Positions 30,944 to 41,941 of a stretch of 64,000 nt of DNA are shown piece after piece; position 1 is the stretch's first letter; every line of letters begins with the position of its first letter. The translations under genes were made by a program, and so were the position numbers. This DNA is from Porphyridium purpureum. Its lineage: Eukaryota. Location of the stretch: the NCBI GenBank assembly GCA_008690995.1, contig VRMN01000003.1:496001-560000 (forward strand), in the 5' to 3' direction. The notes beneath the pieces were generated by a model, which was not told the origin of the DNA, made no database searches, and saw only the letters and a list, made by a program, of their open reading frames with translations.

Positions 30944-33004
30944 TTACGCGAGGCTGTCGTGCAAAAATCGAATAACGTCCTGTTCGTATCCATCTGCAAT
31001 GAGCACATGCCCGTGGTGGAAGCCCGTGCATCTGACCGGAGCTCGAATCTTACGGGCTGCTTCACGTAAAAGGTTCGAATAGTTATTCGGTTGGTTTGCA
31101 TCGGGCGAGAGGGCGACAGCGTTCCAGAACTTGCCACATTGTGTGCGCGCCACAAGCACAAATGGCTTTTTTCGTGCCTTTTGCATGACACCAAATACGG
31201 TCTGCAACTGCAAGCCGATTCGAGTCAGCACGAGTGCATCAGAAACATACTCTTTGTTCTGCGTGTGATGCAAGAATGCATACCGGAAAGCACCCCCTGA
31301 AACAAAGCGACGTCCTTCCAGAACAGCAGATACCTCCATCTGGACGACCTTTTGCAACAGCAATGCTCGCTCAATTCCAGTGCGGAGGTCGACAGGTCGT
31401 AAGCTCAGAGAGTCGGATGATCTCCAAAACAGAACGACACGGTCGCTCACCTCATGGGTTTTTTCTTGCAATCGCTGATGAGACGAAGTGCTGTTTGCCG
31501 CGCTCTCCTCGGAAGGATTCGATTCGTGCACGAGCATGGCCGCTGCCGCCAAAGCTGCATCACACGCTGAGAGCGAGCCGCTGTATCCAGCAAGGCTTTT
31601 GGTGAAGCCTGGATGTGCAAGCTCTCGTACTCCAAAAAGTTCTGCACACATGGACGGAATACGCTCTAGCAAACTTTCTCGCCGCGTAGTGTCCATGTAG
31701 TAATAGTTCTGCTTTGCATCGCTCAGTGGGATTCCGATGCTTGCAAGAAGCTCCTGCACTTTTCTCCTTCCTGATTGTCGCCATGACCCCAGGCGGGCGG
31801 ACAGCACGGACGAGTAAAGTAATGCATCAAGCAGGGACGTGTGACGAAGCAATTCGACGTGCAGCTCTCTGCTGTAGCGAATTCGGGAGCTTTGTGTTGA
31901 CGCCTCCAGGGATTGTCTCGAGAACAGGCTTCCATTATTGTTGCTTTCGCCAAAGCGATTACCTGCGAACGCGCTGTTAGTATCGTCGTTTTCGTCCTGC
32001 TCGAAACCGGTATGGCGTGGTATCTCGTCTCGGAGGTAGCGATAACAGTCGCTGTATTGCGCATGACTGATACGACGGAAGAAATATTGGTCGGCGAGAC
32101 CAATCATCGCAAACCACACGCTTTCGGCGTCGGCCTTGTTGACCGACGCCACCATGGCGTACGCGTGCACGGCTGAAGGAGTCGACCAGACACATTGCGA
32201 ATAGTATTCACGCGCAAAGGCGCGCGCTTCTCGCGTGTTCTCTGTGTCTTCGTCATCATCGTCCAAGTCTGCCTCGTCCTCGTCCGCGAGACCATCCACT
32301 ACTCGTCGCTTTTCTCGGCGTGCCGATACCTTCTTGCGACGCCGTTTTTTGGATGACTTTGATCCCTCAGCTTGTCTCGCCTTTGAGATTTGATTGTTGC
32401 CCTGCGCAGAAACGCTTCCTATGTCGCCTTCATCCCCACGACCAGTGTCCGAGTCGTCGCCTTGGGAGTCCAAGAGATCATCCGCGTACCACTCGTCCGC
32501 TGGTGTCGGCACGAAGCCGAGATAATCTTCAAATCCCAAGACCGGGTACTCATTTGGAACTGGTGTGTCGTCTAGGAGATGAATCTGTGCGCTGTCGATG
32601 TTGGCTAGATGAACGGGTCTCCTCGGGTCGATGACGAGCATGGCAACTCTGGCCTGGTCCGGGCTACCCTCGAGCAGAAGCTCGTCGAGATTTGCGGCGG
32701 CACCGCAACCGATCAGCACAGCGAGATACTTACTTTCCGCTGATGAGATTGAAGACGACGACGCTGTTTCGGCCGCGTCGAGTGCATTACGAAAGGCGAC
32801 GCGCAGTTCGTCGTAGTCTGCCACTGGGACGAGCGTGTGTTCCATGGCCTCTGCGCGCAGCATGGCGGACACGATCTTGGACGCAGCCACGGCGTCGACC
32901 TCGGCGCACGCCACAAAGATGGGGACGCCTTTTTGATGTGCGCGTGCGCAGCCCAGCTTGAGCTGCTGCCAGAGCTCGCCAAACGCTTCGGGCCGGACCA
33001 GCAT
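30944..33004 (-). CDS. CDC45: DNA replication initiation factor CDC45
   Basis: EVDAVAA..I, LVPVADY, VIDPRRPVHLANI, acidic loop, AMIGLADQ, LLRHTSL, GRRKVQELLASIGIPL, LSACD. Confidence 0.9.
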   Translation of the reverse strand: MLVRPEAFGELWQQLKLGCARAHQKGVPIFVACAEVDAVAASKIVSAMLRAEAMEHTLVPVADYDELRVAFRNALDAAETASSSSISSAESKYLAVLIGCGAAANLDELLLEGSPDQARVAMLVIDPRRPVHLANIDSAQIHLLDDTPVPNEYPVLGFEDYLGFVPTPADEWYADDLLDSQGDDSDTGRGDEGDIGSVSAQGNNQISKARQAEGSKSSKKRRRKKVSARREKRRVVDGLADEDEADLDDDDEDTENTREARAFAREYYSQCVWSTPSAVHAYAMVASVNKADAESVWFAMIGLADQYFFRRISHAQYSDCYRYLRDEIPRHTGFEQDENDDTNSAFAGNRFGESNNNGSLFSRQSLEASTQSSRIRYSRELHVELLRHTSLLDALLYSSVLSARLGSWRQSGRRKVQELLASIGIPLSDAKQNYYYMDTTRRESLLERIPSMCAELFGVRELAHPGFTKSLAGYSGSLSACDAALAAAAMLVHESNPSEESAANSTSSHQRLQEKTHEVSDRVVLFWRSSDSLSLRPVDLRTGIERALLLQKVVQMEVSAVLEGRRFVSGGAFRYAFLHHTQNKEYVSDALVLTRIGLQLQTVFGVMQKARKKPFVLVARTQCGKFWNAVALSPDANQPNNYSNLLREAARKIRAPVRCTGFHHGHVLIADGYEQDVIRFLHDSLA

Positions 33005-33217
33005 GTTTCCCTATCGTGCACGTTCTGCAACTGCACTTGCACGTCCCCTGGCGCCTCCCCACTCCATCCGTATCCACCGCAGTGCGCCAGAGAACCCGAA
33101 GCTCCCTCGCGCACGCACTCGCTCACACGCTCTCTCTCACAGTCGCTCTTGCCCTTTGTCTCTTGTCCCAAAGCCGCATGTCCGCGCTCGCCCATTGCGT
33201 GTGTCGCGCGCGCGCGT

Positions 33218-33279
33218 TTTTGCCCGCTTAGGGTTTCTTCCCGCTTTCGAAAACGCGCTGTAAGCGCCCACTTTCGCGC
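33218..33279. promoter_or_regulatory. E2F-like sites and a telo-box upstream of CDC45
   Basis: TTTCGCGC at 33272-33279 (canonical E2F); near-matches TTTGCCCGC (~33219) and CTTCCCGC (~33237); TTAGGGTTT (AAACCCTAA on the gene strand) at 33228-33236. Confidence 0.5.
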
Positions 33280-36045
33280 GCGCCACGCGAATACACAGCT
33301 GTACCGAAAAACGCGCGCGGTACAGTGATGCGTGCAGGAGCACGCGCGTGAGACGGGAGCGAGGTGCGCCTGACCTGCGGGTGGCGATGCGTCGCGTCTG
33401 TTGCACGAGCGACATCAGCGCGAGGTGTTGAACCCCAGCGAAGGCGTCTGTGTCCAGGCGTGTTTCGTCGGCTGGCGTCGGCGTGGAAGGTGGGTCGAGC
33501 GCCGACTGGCTTTAGAAGTTCATCGTTGCGTAAGGACACATACACGCTGAACGAGAAGGCAAGCACTCATGTCACAAAGCGCGGTGCGAGGCTCGCGGCC
33601 GCATTTGCACGGACAGTGCGTCACCGCATGAGTTTGAAGAATATGAATCTGAACCCCTCTTCGTTCAGCCTATCGCCAACGGTTGGTGCCGAGGTGCTCT
33701 GCTTTCCAGATTGACGCTCATTTTGCGCATGATGGTGTCCAAGTGGCTGCAAAATGCGGCAGTCATGTGATTCGGATGATCCTGAGGGTGACCAATGCGT
33801 GCGTACAAGGTCGCAGGTCTATCGTGCACGCACTTGTCTTCCGCCGTGATGGGAGAGACAAAGTTGACCCAGCCGTGTCCAGTTGCCTATGCAGCAGAGC
33901 GCCGCGGCCTGGCGCAGCGTCTCACTCTTACGTGCGCTCCATAAAGGATGGGGATAAGCATCATCGTAGAGCAGGTCTTTCTCTGCGAGATCCGATCCGC
34001 TGTCTGAACGGAGCTTCCGTTCAATCTTTTGAGGCGTGGACGACGTAAAGCCGCAGTCGAGTGCTGCTGGTGTGGAATTGAGAATGTAGTCGAGCGACGT
34101 CTTGTTCGATACGCGCGAAACTTGCGGCTGTGAGTCATGATACTGGACTTGGCTGGAAAACGGCAGCGTCTGATTATTATTTGGACTCGACGTGCGGCAT
34201 GCGAGGCTGGTCGCGTCGGATACTAGATTTAGAACCTTCGTGAGCCCTCGGCCCGATCGAGCACCACATCATCATGATTGACGATGTATCCTCAGAACAT
34301 TTTGTCCAGGATTCTCGCCAGTTTCTGTCCCTGGACGAGAGGAGATTTGCCAATCTCTTGCTGATCATCTTACAATTTAAATGAAGCAGAAAGGGCTGTT
34401 CTTAGAACTTGTGTCTCGCACGTCTGTGTCCATCTCGGAAACTTTTGCCTTTGACGTAAATGCCTCGTCTCGGCCCCTCTCCCAGTCTGCATGCCCACAT
34501 CTTTTCTTTCTACCGCTTGCCTGTTGACTGTGTCCTCCGTTCAATCCCGAGGATGTGGCCTCCTGTTGTACCCGAGATTCTTCACGGAATACTTGAAGTG
34601 CTTTCTTGAATGCATAGAATAATGGGTCTCGCTTGCCCAGGCGCAACGATGTTGAGTCTGGCATGATTTTTGACTCCTGCGAAATGCGTCCCTTCTCTCA
34701 GGCAGCTGAGATCCGGCTCATCAGGGCTCGCATCGTTCAGCGTGTTCGGCAGATATACATGTCACTCATGGATTTGGAGTAGACTTTTGACGACTTTTGG
34801 TTGCAGTGCGGTCGACAAGTGCCACAAAGGAGATTTTGACGCTTGATAAGTCTGCACACGGCATAGCCGTTGCAAGATACGCCTCAGCACAAATCCTCTG
34901 GAAATAAGCTGCCGGTCGATTCAATTTCAAGCTTTGTGGCTTTCACGAGAGGAGTCATCCTCTCGTTAATTGTACGGCTCAAGTGGACCTTCTGCAATTC
35001 AATGCTGATATCAGGACGAAGTAAGTCGCAAAACAAGCCTCGGAAACGTTTGTATCTCACGAAGATTTCACGTGGCAAGCGAGCTGACTGCGTCAAGATC
35101 TGAAAGCGGCAAACCAATCGGTAGACAAAAATCAACAAAGCTTCGCAACCCTGCGAGGAATTTCTGATTCATATATGCTGGTACAAGCTTCACGCCTCAA
35201 CCTCGTCGACTCGCTGCGCCGCGCGGGCGTCGATAAGCTTCGCGTCGCGCATTCATCGCGTGCAAAAGTGGTGGCACAGCAGATGCAAGGACGAGAGCCA
35301 GAAACAAAACCGATGGGAGTATTAGCTGTGCAAACCGTTGATTGCATCTCAGACGACTGCGCAGTGATGCGAGAAGATCTTGAATGCTGCTGGGTATGGT
35401 CACGTGAGCGACTCATCTGGTAATAACCCAAAGTGCGTTAAATCGCTTTTGGACGCCTTGCAAGCACGAACACACTTAGCAGTGACAGGGCGTACGACAT
35501 TGGACTTCCGGGTCCGAGCACACCTGCACAAGCTCTCATAAAGAACATCAGAAGCATGCAGAAGTACGCAAAGACACAGTCCGTGTTATGTGTCCGCTAA
35601 GAGTGCGCCGTATGTGAACCCGCTTCAGAAGAAAGAATCCCATTCAAACTCAGCGGCGGCAACCGCATGGTCTTTAGCAAGCGCGAGAGCTGCGTTCCAT
35701 CTCTCGAAAGCTTTCAGAAACAACGCCATAAGGACTCACCCAAATTCGACCAGTTTCAGTAGAGCGTGAATGGTGTAGCTCTGTGTTGAGTCCCTCCACG
35801 GCCCTCACTTTTTATATGCAGACCACCTGCCAGAGACTTGCGAAATTCCTACCAAGTTTCAGTCGTCATGCATTGTTCTGCTCAGTGCAGAATTCATTTT
35901 CTTGTCGGGATTCGTCCTATAATGTGAGAGTCGTATCGTACTGTGATGAGAATTCAATCATGGACTGCTGTTTGTTTACTCAGACGATTTGAATGGTGCA
36001 TAATTTCAAAATTCCTGTTCTACACTGTTTCGAAGACTGACAAGA

Positions 36046-37761
36046 TCATTCCTGCTCGACCAGAAGCTCTGACGGGAAGGTCAGCGTGCACGTCTGCAAA
36101 TCTGCATTGCCTGTGCACGTGTACTCATAGTCGTTGAACGAATCCTCAACACCGTTTCCAACAACAGCCGCCGGCGGCACAAACCACTGGCCCTGCGTTC
36201 CTCCGCGGCAGATCACGTACATCAGCGCGTTCAGACCCATCGCAACCGGCAGCGTCAGAACCCACGACGCAGCCACCTTGAGCATCAGCTTCCAGTTCAC
36301 CTTCTTGTACCCCTGCGTCTCGCACAGACCGGCGCCAATCACTCCACCCACGCTGCAGTGCGTCGTCGACACCGGGATACCAACGTACGAAGCAATCAGC
36401 ACAGAAAACGCCGTCGCCAGCTCGGCGCTCAAGCCACGGATCGGCGTCATCAAAGTAATGTTCTGCCCAATCGTGCGCATCACCTTCGCGCCAAACAGCC
36501 ACAGCCCGGCAAGAATGCCGACGGTGCAGTAAGCCAGCGCCCAGTACTCGGGGTCTGGCTTGCTGACCACGCTCGCGTACTCAATCGTCTGGTACACAGC
36601 AATCAATGTCCCGCTCGAGTTACCAATATCGTTGGCACCAAATGCAATCGCCTCGTAGCAAGCAGACACCATCTGCCCAAAAGCAAAGCGCGACTCCAGC
36701 TCAGGGTGCCAAATGTCGTTCGGTGCAAGCCCCTCGGCGCGCATGTCTGCGTCCGACCTCATGATCGAGCTCACCACAGACATCGCGTTCGAGCGCTGCG
36801 ACGCACCAGACACAGCAGCGCTGCCCACCGCGGCCGACGCCGTCGCCGGTGCAGCCGCCGCGGGCGCCGTCGCATTCTCCTCGTCACGCTCGCTCGACGA
36901 GCTCACCTCGTCCAGCTCGTCCAGGTCCTTCGCCACAGTCTCGTCCTCGTCGTGGAACCCGCCAATCAGCCCGCGCTTGGCGTAGTATCCGTTGATCGGC
37001 TTGTGCAGACCGGCAATCCACGCCACGGCAATCGCAGTCGCCACACCAAACGCAATGCCCAGGTTCATCCCCACTGCCTCGTCGTCATACTTGAACGTCA
37101 CAAAGATCAGGAACGTCAGGAACGCCAGGAACAGCACAATGCCCATGTAGAAAATCTGCTGCTTCAGGCCCCACTCCAGGCGCGACTCGTCCTCCTGCAC
37201 CTTGCGCAGAAACCAGTACTTCGCAGTCAGGTAGAACGCCACGGAAAAGATGCCCGTCACCACAGGAGATGCCACCCACGAGATCACAATCTTGCCCACG
37301 CCCGGCCACCAGTCAATGCCAGACCCGCCAAACTGCACCAGCCCAAAGCCCATCACGGACCCAACAACCGAGTGCGTCGTCGACACGGGCATGCTCAGCC
37401 ATGTCGCGAGGCTCACCCACAGGCCCGTCGAGATTGCTGCAGTCAACATACCCAGCGCAAACAGCTGCGGAATATCCTCAAACAGCCTGTAGTTCACAAT
37501 GCCCTTGCCCACGGTCTTCGCCACCTGCGACCCAATGGTCATGGAGCCCAGCGTGATGAAGATGGACGCCGCAATGCACGCCTGCGTCACCGTCAGCACC
37601 TTGGCGCCCACCGACGTGCCAAAGCAGTTGGCAACATCGTTCGCGCCCATCGACGCTCCCTGCAGGAACGAAGCAATCAAGCACGTCGCAAAAATCCACT
37701 GCCACGGCTGCATCTGCGTGGTCCCCGAGAAGGGGTCAATGTTGTACACCACCGTCCCCAT
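36046..37761 (-). CDS. PiT/PHO4-family (Pho89/SLC20-like) phosphate transporter, copy A
   Basis: Both PiT signatures (GANDVANCFGTSVG and GANDIGN) and two PVSTTH motifs; multiple TM helices. ATG at 37761. Confidence 0.95.
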   Translation of the reverse strand: MGTVVYNIDPFSGTTQMQPWQWIFATCLIASFLQGASMGANDVANCFGTSVGAKVLTVTQACIAASIFITLGSMTIGSQVAKTVGKGIVNYRLFEDIPQLFALGMLTAAISTGLWVSLATWLSMPVSTTHSVVGSVMGFGLVQFGGSGIDWWPGVGKIVISWVASPVVTGIFSVAFYLTAKYWFLRKVQEDESRLEWGLKQQIFYMGIVLFLAFLTFLIFVTFKYDDEAVGMNLGIAFGVATAIAVAWIAGLHKPINGYYAKRGLIGGFHDEDETVAKDLDELDEVSSSSERDEENATAPAAAAPATASAAVGSAAVSGASQRSNAMSVVSSIMRSDADMRAEGLAPNDIWHPELESRFAFGQMVSACYEAIAFGANDIGNSSGTLIAVYQTIEYASVVSKPDPEYWALAYCTVGILAGLWLFGAKVMRTIGQNITLMTPIRGLSAELATAFSVLIASYVGIPVSTTHCSVGGVIGAGLCETQGYKKVNWKLMLKVAASWVLTLPVAMGLNALMYVICRGGTQGQWFVPPAAVVGNGVEDSFNDYEYTCTGNADLQTCTLTFPSELLVEQE

Positions 37762-39635
37762 CTCACAATCCCTTTGCACACCCTTACGAATGTAATCCTA
37801 ATGAAAGGGCCCCAATCAACTTGCTCTGCACTGCCTCTGCACCTGTCTTGCTTGGCTATCACTTCTTGCCTGCCTCACTTCTCCCGCAGCGAAGACCGGT
37901 CCTCGCGCTCTTATACCGCACGCCGGGACGCATGCCGCCGCCATGAGGCGCGCGGCACGAACCCTCCAGTCGCACGCGCGGGCGCGCGGTCGGCGAATCG
38001 ACCCATCGCCGCAACGGACTCTGGACGGAATCTCTGCCGGCACGGAAGGAGCCTGCTGCTCATCCGCCGCTCGCTGCTCATCGCGCGCGTGGGCACGCAA
38101 GCGTATCGAATCGCACGCGCGCCGCCCGCCCAAACGGCTGCCTTTTCCTAGCGCCGCGCGCCGCCCGCAGTGTACTTGTGGTGAACACGCGCGACCCGCG
38201 CAGGGGCGCCCGCGGCTGCAGCCGCAGTTCCGGCGGATTGCGCGCGTTTTATGGTTTTGGTACCAAAACGGCTCCATCTTGCGCGGTTTTACCGCAACGG
38301 CTCCATCTCAACGCGGACTCGCGCCGGAGGATCTCTGGCGCGCCCATCAGTGCAGCGCAGCCGCGCGTAGTACAGTGCGCGTGGCCTCGCGCGCGCGTTT
38401 TGCTAGTAAGTACTGTGCGGACCCCAAACGCATGATGAGCATCGGCTCGCAGCCTGCGGCAAATGATTCACTTCTCCGCGGCGCAGGTACCGGACCCAGC
38501 GCCTCATCCTTGCGCACAGCGCAGGCCCCATCGTCCGGGCAGAGTCGCACGTCTCCGGTGAGTGCGAATCAGGATTTTATACTGAATCGGTTGTGATTCT
38601 GAACGTGACGTAGGGAGGCTCGTATATGCTCTTGAACTGAGCAGTAGTGGCGAGCGTTATTGGTTCGCGTGGCCAAACCAATCCAAGGGATTACGGAAGC
38701 AATGGAAGGCCATGGCGAAACAAGCGACGTCGAGTTTGATTGGCTGAAATTTACAAAATGCGAACGCGAAGGCCTCGAAGCCTGCCGGTCGTAACAACGA
38801 CTCAGCGATGCACCATAACAAAGGCTTTGGAACACAAGTCTCAAAATATCGGACATTTACTGTGCCTGGCGACGAAAGCGTTCGCGGATTTTTGTCTTTG
38901 GCGCTGTCTTGATGCCAGAAGTTGATTAAAGATGAGCATAGGACAGACGATAAGATATTCCTTTTCTCACTGAAGTCTGAATGCGTTTCACATTCACCCT
39001 CACCAGAAACGTGCGACTCTGCCCGGACGATGGGGCCTGCGCTGTGCGCAAGGATGAGGCGCTGGGTCCGGTACCTGCGCCGCGGAGAAGTGAATCATTT
39101 GCCGCAGGCTGCGAGCCGATGCTCATCATGCGTTTGGGGTCCGCACAGTACTTACTAGCAAAACGCGCGCGCGAGGCCACGCGCACTGTACCACGCGCGG
39201 CTGCGCTGCACTGATGGGCGCCCACAGATCCTCGCGGAGCCCGCGTTAAGATGGAGCCGTTGCGGTAAATCCGCAAGATGGAGCCGTTTTGGTACCTGAA
39301 CCATAAAACGCGCGCAATCCGCCGGAACTGTGGCTGCAGCCGCGGGCCCCTGCGCGGGTCGCGCGTGTTCACCACAAGTACACTGCGGGAGGCGCGCGGC
39401 GCTAGGAAAAGGCAGCCGTTTGGCGGGCGGCGCGGTGCGATTCGATACGCGCTTGCGTGCCCACGCGCGCGATGAGCAGCGAGCGGCGGATGAGCAGCAG
39501 GCTCCTTCCGTGCCGGCCAGAGATTCCGTCCAGAGTCCGTTGCGGCGATGGCCGATTCGCCGACCGCGCGCCCGCGCGTGCGACTCCGGAGGGGTGCCGC
39601 GCGCCTCATGGCGGCGGCATGCGTCCCGGCGCGCG

Positions 39636-39642
39636 GTATAAG
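39636..39642 (+). promoter_or_regulatory. Putative TATA box of PiT copy B (mirrored at ~37909-37915 for copy A)
   Basis: TATAAGA in a GC-rich context about 150 bp upstream of the ATG in both arms. Confidence 0.45.
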
Positions 39643-39791
39643 AGCGCGAGGCCGGGTAGGTTCTGCGGGAGAAGTGAGGCAGGCAAGAAGTGATAGCCAA
39701 GCAAGACAGGTGCAGGGGGCAGTGCAGAGTAAGGTGGTTGGGGCCCTTTCATTAGGATTACATTCGTAAGGGTGTGGAAAGGGATTTTGAG

Positions 39792-41510
39792 ATGGAGACG
39801 ACGATAACTTACAACATTGACCCCTTCTCGGGGACCACGCAGATGCAGCCGTGGCAGTGGATCTTTGCGACGTGCTTGATTGCTTCGTTCCTGCAGGGAG
39901 CGTCGATGGGCGCGAACGATGTGGCCAACTGCTTTGGCACGTCGGTGGGCGCCAAGGTGCTGACGGTGACGCAGGCATGCATTGCGGCGTCCATCTTTAT
40001 CACGCTGGGCTCCATGACCATTGGGTCGCAGGTGGCGAAGACCGTGGGCAAGGGCATTGTGAACTACAAGTTGTTCGCGGATATTCCGCAGCTGTTTGCG
40101 CTGGGCATGTTGACCGCGGCGATTTCGACGGGCCTGTGGGTGAGCCTCGCGACATGGCTGAGCATGCCCGTGTCGACGACGCACTCGGTTGTTGGGTCCG
40201 TGATGGGCTTTGGGCTGGTGCAGTTTGGCGGGTCTGGGATTGACTGGTGGCCGGGCGTGGGCAAGATTGTGATCTCGTGGGTGGCGTCTCCGTTGGTGAC
40301 GGGCCTCTTCTCTTCTGCATTCTACCTCGTTGCGAAGTACTGGTTTCTGCGCAAGGTGCAGCAGGACGAGTCGCGCCTGGAGTGGGGCCTGAAGCAGCAG
40401 ATTTTCTACATGGGCATTGTGCTGTTCCTGGCGTTCCTGACGTTCCTGATCTTTGTGACGTTCAAGTATGACGACGAGGCAGTGGGGATGAACCTGGGCA
40501 TTGCGTTTGGTGTGGCGACTGCGATTGCCGTGGCGTGGATTGCCGGTCTGCACAAGCCGATCAACGGATACTATGCCAAGCGCGGGCTGATTGGCGGGTT
40601 CCACGACGAGGACGAGACTGTGGCGAAGGACCTGGACGAGCTGGACGAGGTGAGCTCGTCGAGCGAGCGTGACGAGGAGAATGCGACGGCGCCCGCGGCG
40701 GCTGCACCGGCGACGGCGTCGGCCGCGGTGGGCAGCGCTGCTGTGTCTGGTGCGTCGCAGCGCTCGAACGCGATGTCTGTGGTGAGCTCGATCATGAGGT
40801 CGGACGCAGACATGCGCGCCGAGGGGCTTGCACCGAACGACATTTGGCACCCTGAGCTGGAGTCGCGCTTTGCTTTTGGGCAGATGGTGTCTGCTTGCTA
40901 CGAGGCGATTGCATTTGGTGCCAACGATATTGGGAACTCGAGCGGGACATTGATTGCTGTGTACCAGACGATTGAGTACGCGAGCGTGGTCAGCAAGCCA
41001 GACCCCGAGTACTGGGCGCTGGCTTACTGCACCGTCGGCATTCTTGCCGGGCTGTGGCTGTTTGGCGCGAAGGTGATGCGCACGATTGGGCAGAACATTA
41101 CTCTGATGACGCCGATCCGTGGTCTGAGCGCTGAGCTAGCGACGGCGTTCTCTGTGCTGATTGCCTCGTACATTGGTATTCCGGTGTCCACGACGCACTG
41201 CAGCGTGGGTGGAGTGATTGGAGCCGGTCTGTGCGAGACGCAGGGGTACAAGAAGGTAAACTGGAAGCTGATGCTCAAGGTGGCTGCGTCGTGGGTTCTG
41301 ACGCTGCCGGTTGCGATGGGTCTGAACGCGCTGATGTACGTGATCTGCCGCGGAGGAACGCAGGGCCAGTGGTTTGTGCCGCCGGCGGCCGTTGTTGGAA
41401 ACGGTGTTGAGGATTCGTTCAACGACTATGAGTACACGTGCACAGGCAATGCAGATTTGCAGACGTGCACGCTGACCTTCCCGTCAGAGCTTCTGGTCGA
41501 GCAGGAATAA
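39792..41510 (+). CDS. PiT/PHO4-family phosphate transporter, copy B
   Basis: Near-identical to copy A with the same signatures. ATG at 39792. Confidence 0.95.
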   Translation: METTITYNIDPFSGTTQMQPWQWIFATCLIASFLQGASMGANDVANCFGTSVGAKVLTVTQACIAASIFITLGSMTIGSQVAKTVGKGIVNYKLFADIPQLFALGMLTAAISTGLWVSLATWLSMPVSTTHSVVGSVMGFGLVQFGGSGIDWWPGVGKIVISWVASPLVTGLFSSAFYLVAKYWFLRKVQQDESRLEWGLKQQIFYMGIVLFLAFLTFLIFVTFKYDDEAVGMNLGIAFGVATAIAVAWIAGLHKPINGYYAKRGLIGGFHDEDETVAKDLDELDEVSSSSERDEENATAPAAAAPATASAAVGSAAVSGASQRSNAMSVVSSIMRSDADMRAEGLAPNDIWHPELESRFAFGQMVSACYEAIAFGANDIGNSSGTLIAVYQTIEYASVVSKPDPEYWALAYCTVGILAGLWLFGAKVMRTIGQNITLMTPIRGLSAELATAFSVLIASYIGIPVSTTHCSVGGVIGAGLCETQGYKKVNWKLMLKVAASWVLTLPVAMGLNALMYVICRGGTQGQWFVPPAAVVGNGVEDSFNDYEYTCTGNADLQTCTLTFPSELLVEQE

Positions 41511-41941
41511 TTTTGTTACTTGTTCAACAGTGGTGAGAAGGCGGTAAGGGCGCACGGAAATGCTACATTAAATTGGTCGAAGTTCATTTATTATGCAAAG
41601 TCATTGAAAATAAATACTTGGTGTATGACGGACATGAGCAAAAGTCGGTCGATCATACTGAGCGCGCCGACATCTCAGCATTTTCTTGGACAACTGGAAA
41701 AGTTAACGATTGATTCTCCGGTCGCCTGAAGCCTAGCCCGGCTTTTTGCCCGTTGCTGTTTGCCTACGCCCCGAGTTATTGCAGTCCGATAGAAATGTGA
41801 GTTGATCCGTGGCACTAGCAGGGTTGAGAACCAAGCCCCTATCTTCTAGTTTAATCCGAGTCGCGCTCATGCGAAGAACCGCCTGAGAGAAGGATCTCCA
41901 TGCGCAAACCTTCGACTGCCGGAAAAAGAGTCGCGCGCTTC

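Larger units (their letters stand above)
36046..41510. repeat. Large inverted repeat: arms ~36046-38569 and ~38992-41510, unique spacer ~420 bp
   Basis: Both CDSs and ~800 bp of upstream DNA are reverse complements of each other. Similarity stops at the stop codons and at about 38569/38992. Confidence 0.95.

Noticed and set aside
36358..38151. 597-aa + strand ORF (and mirrored 39606-40850 on minus)
   Set aside because: Antisense shadows of the GC3-biased PiT genes; Arg/His-rich with no recognisable motifs.
38926..39978. 350-aa minus ORF and 217-aa ORF 37943-38596 in the duplicated promoters
   Set aside because: GC-rich upstream DNA; indels between the arms shift the frames, so coding is not conserved.
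36046..41510. Inverted repeat as transposon TIRs or a foldback element
   Set aside because: The arms are the transporter genes themselves; no transposase or target-site duplication is seen.
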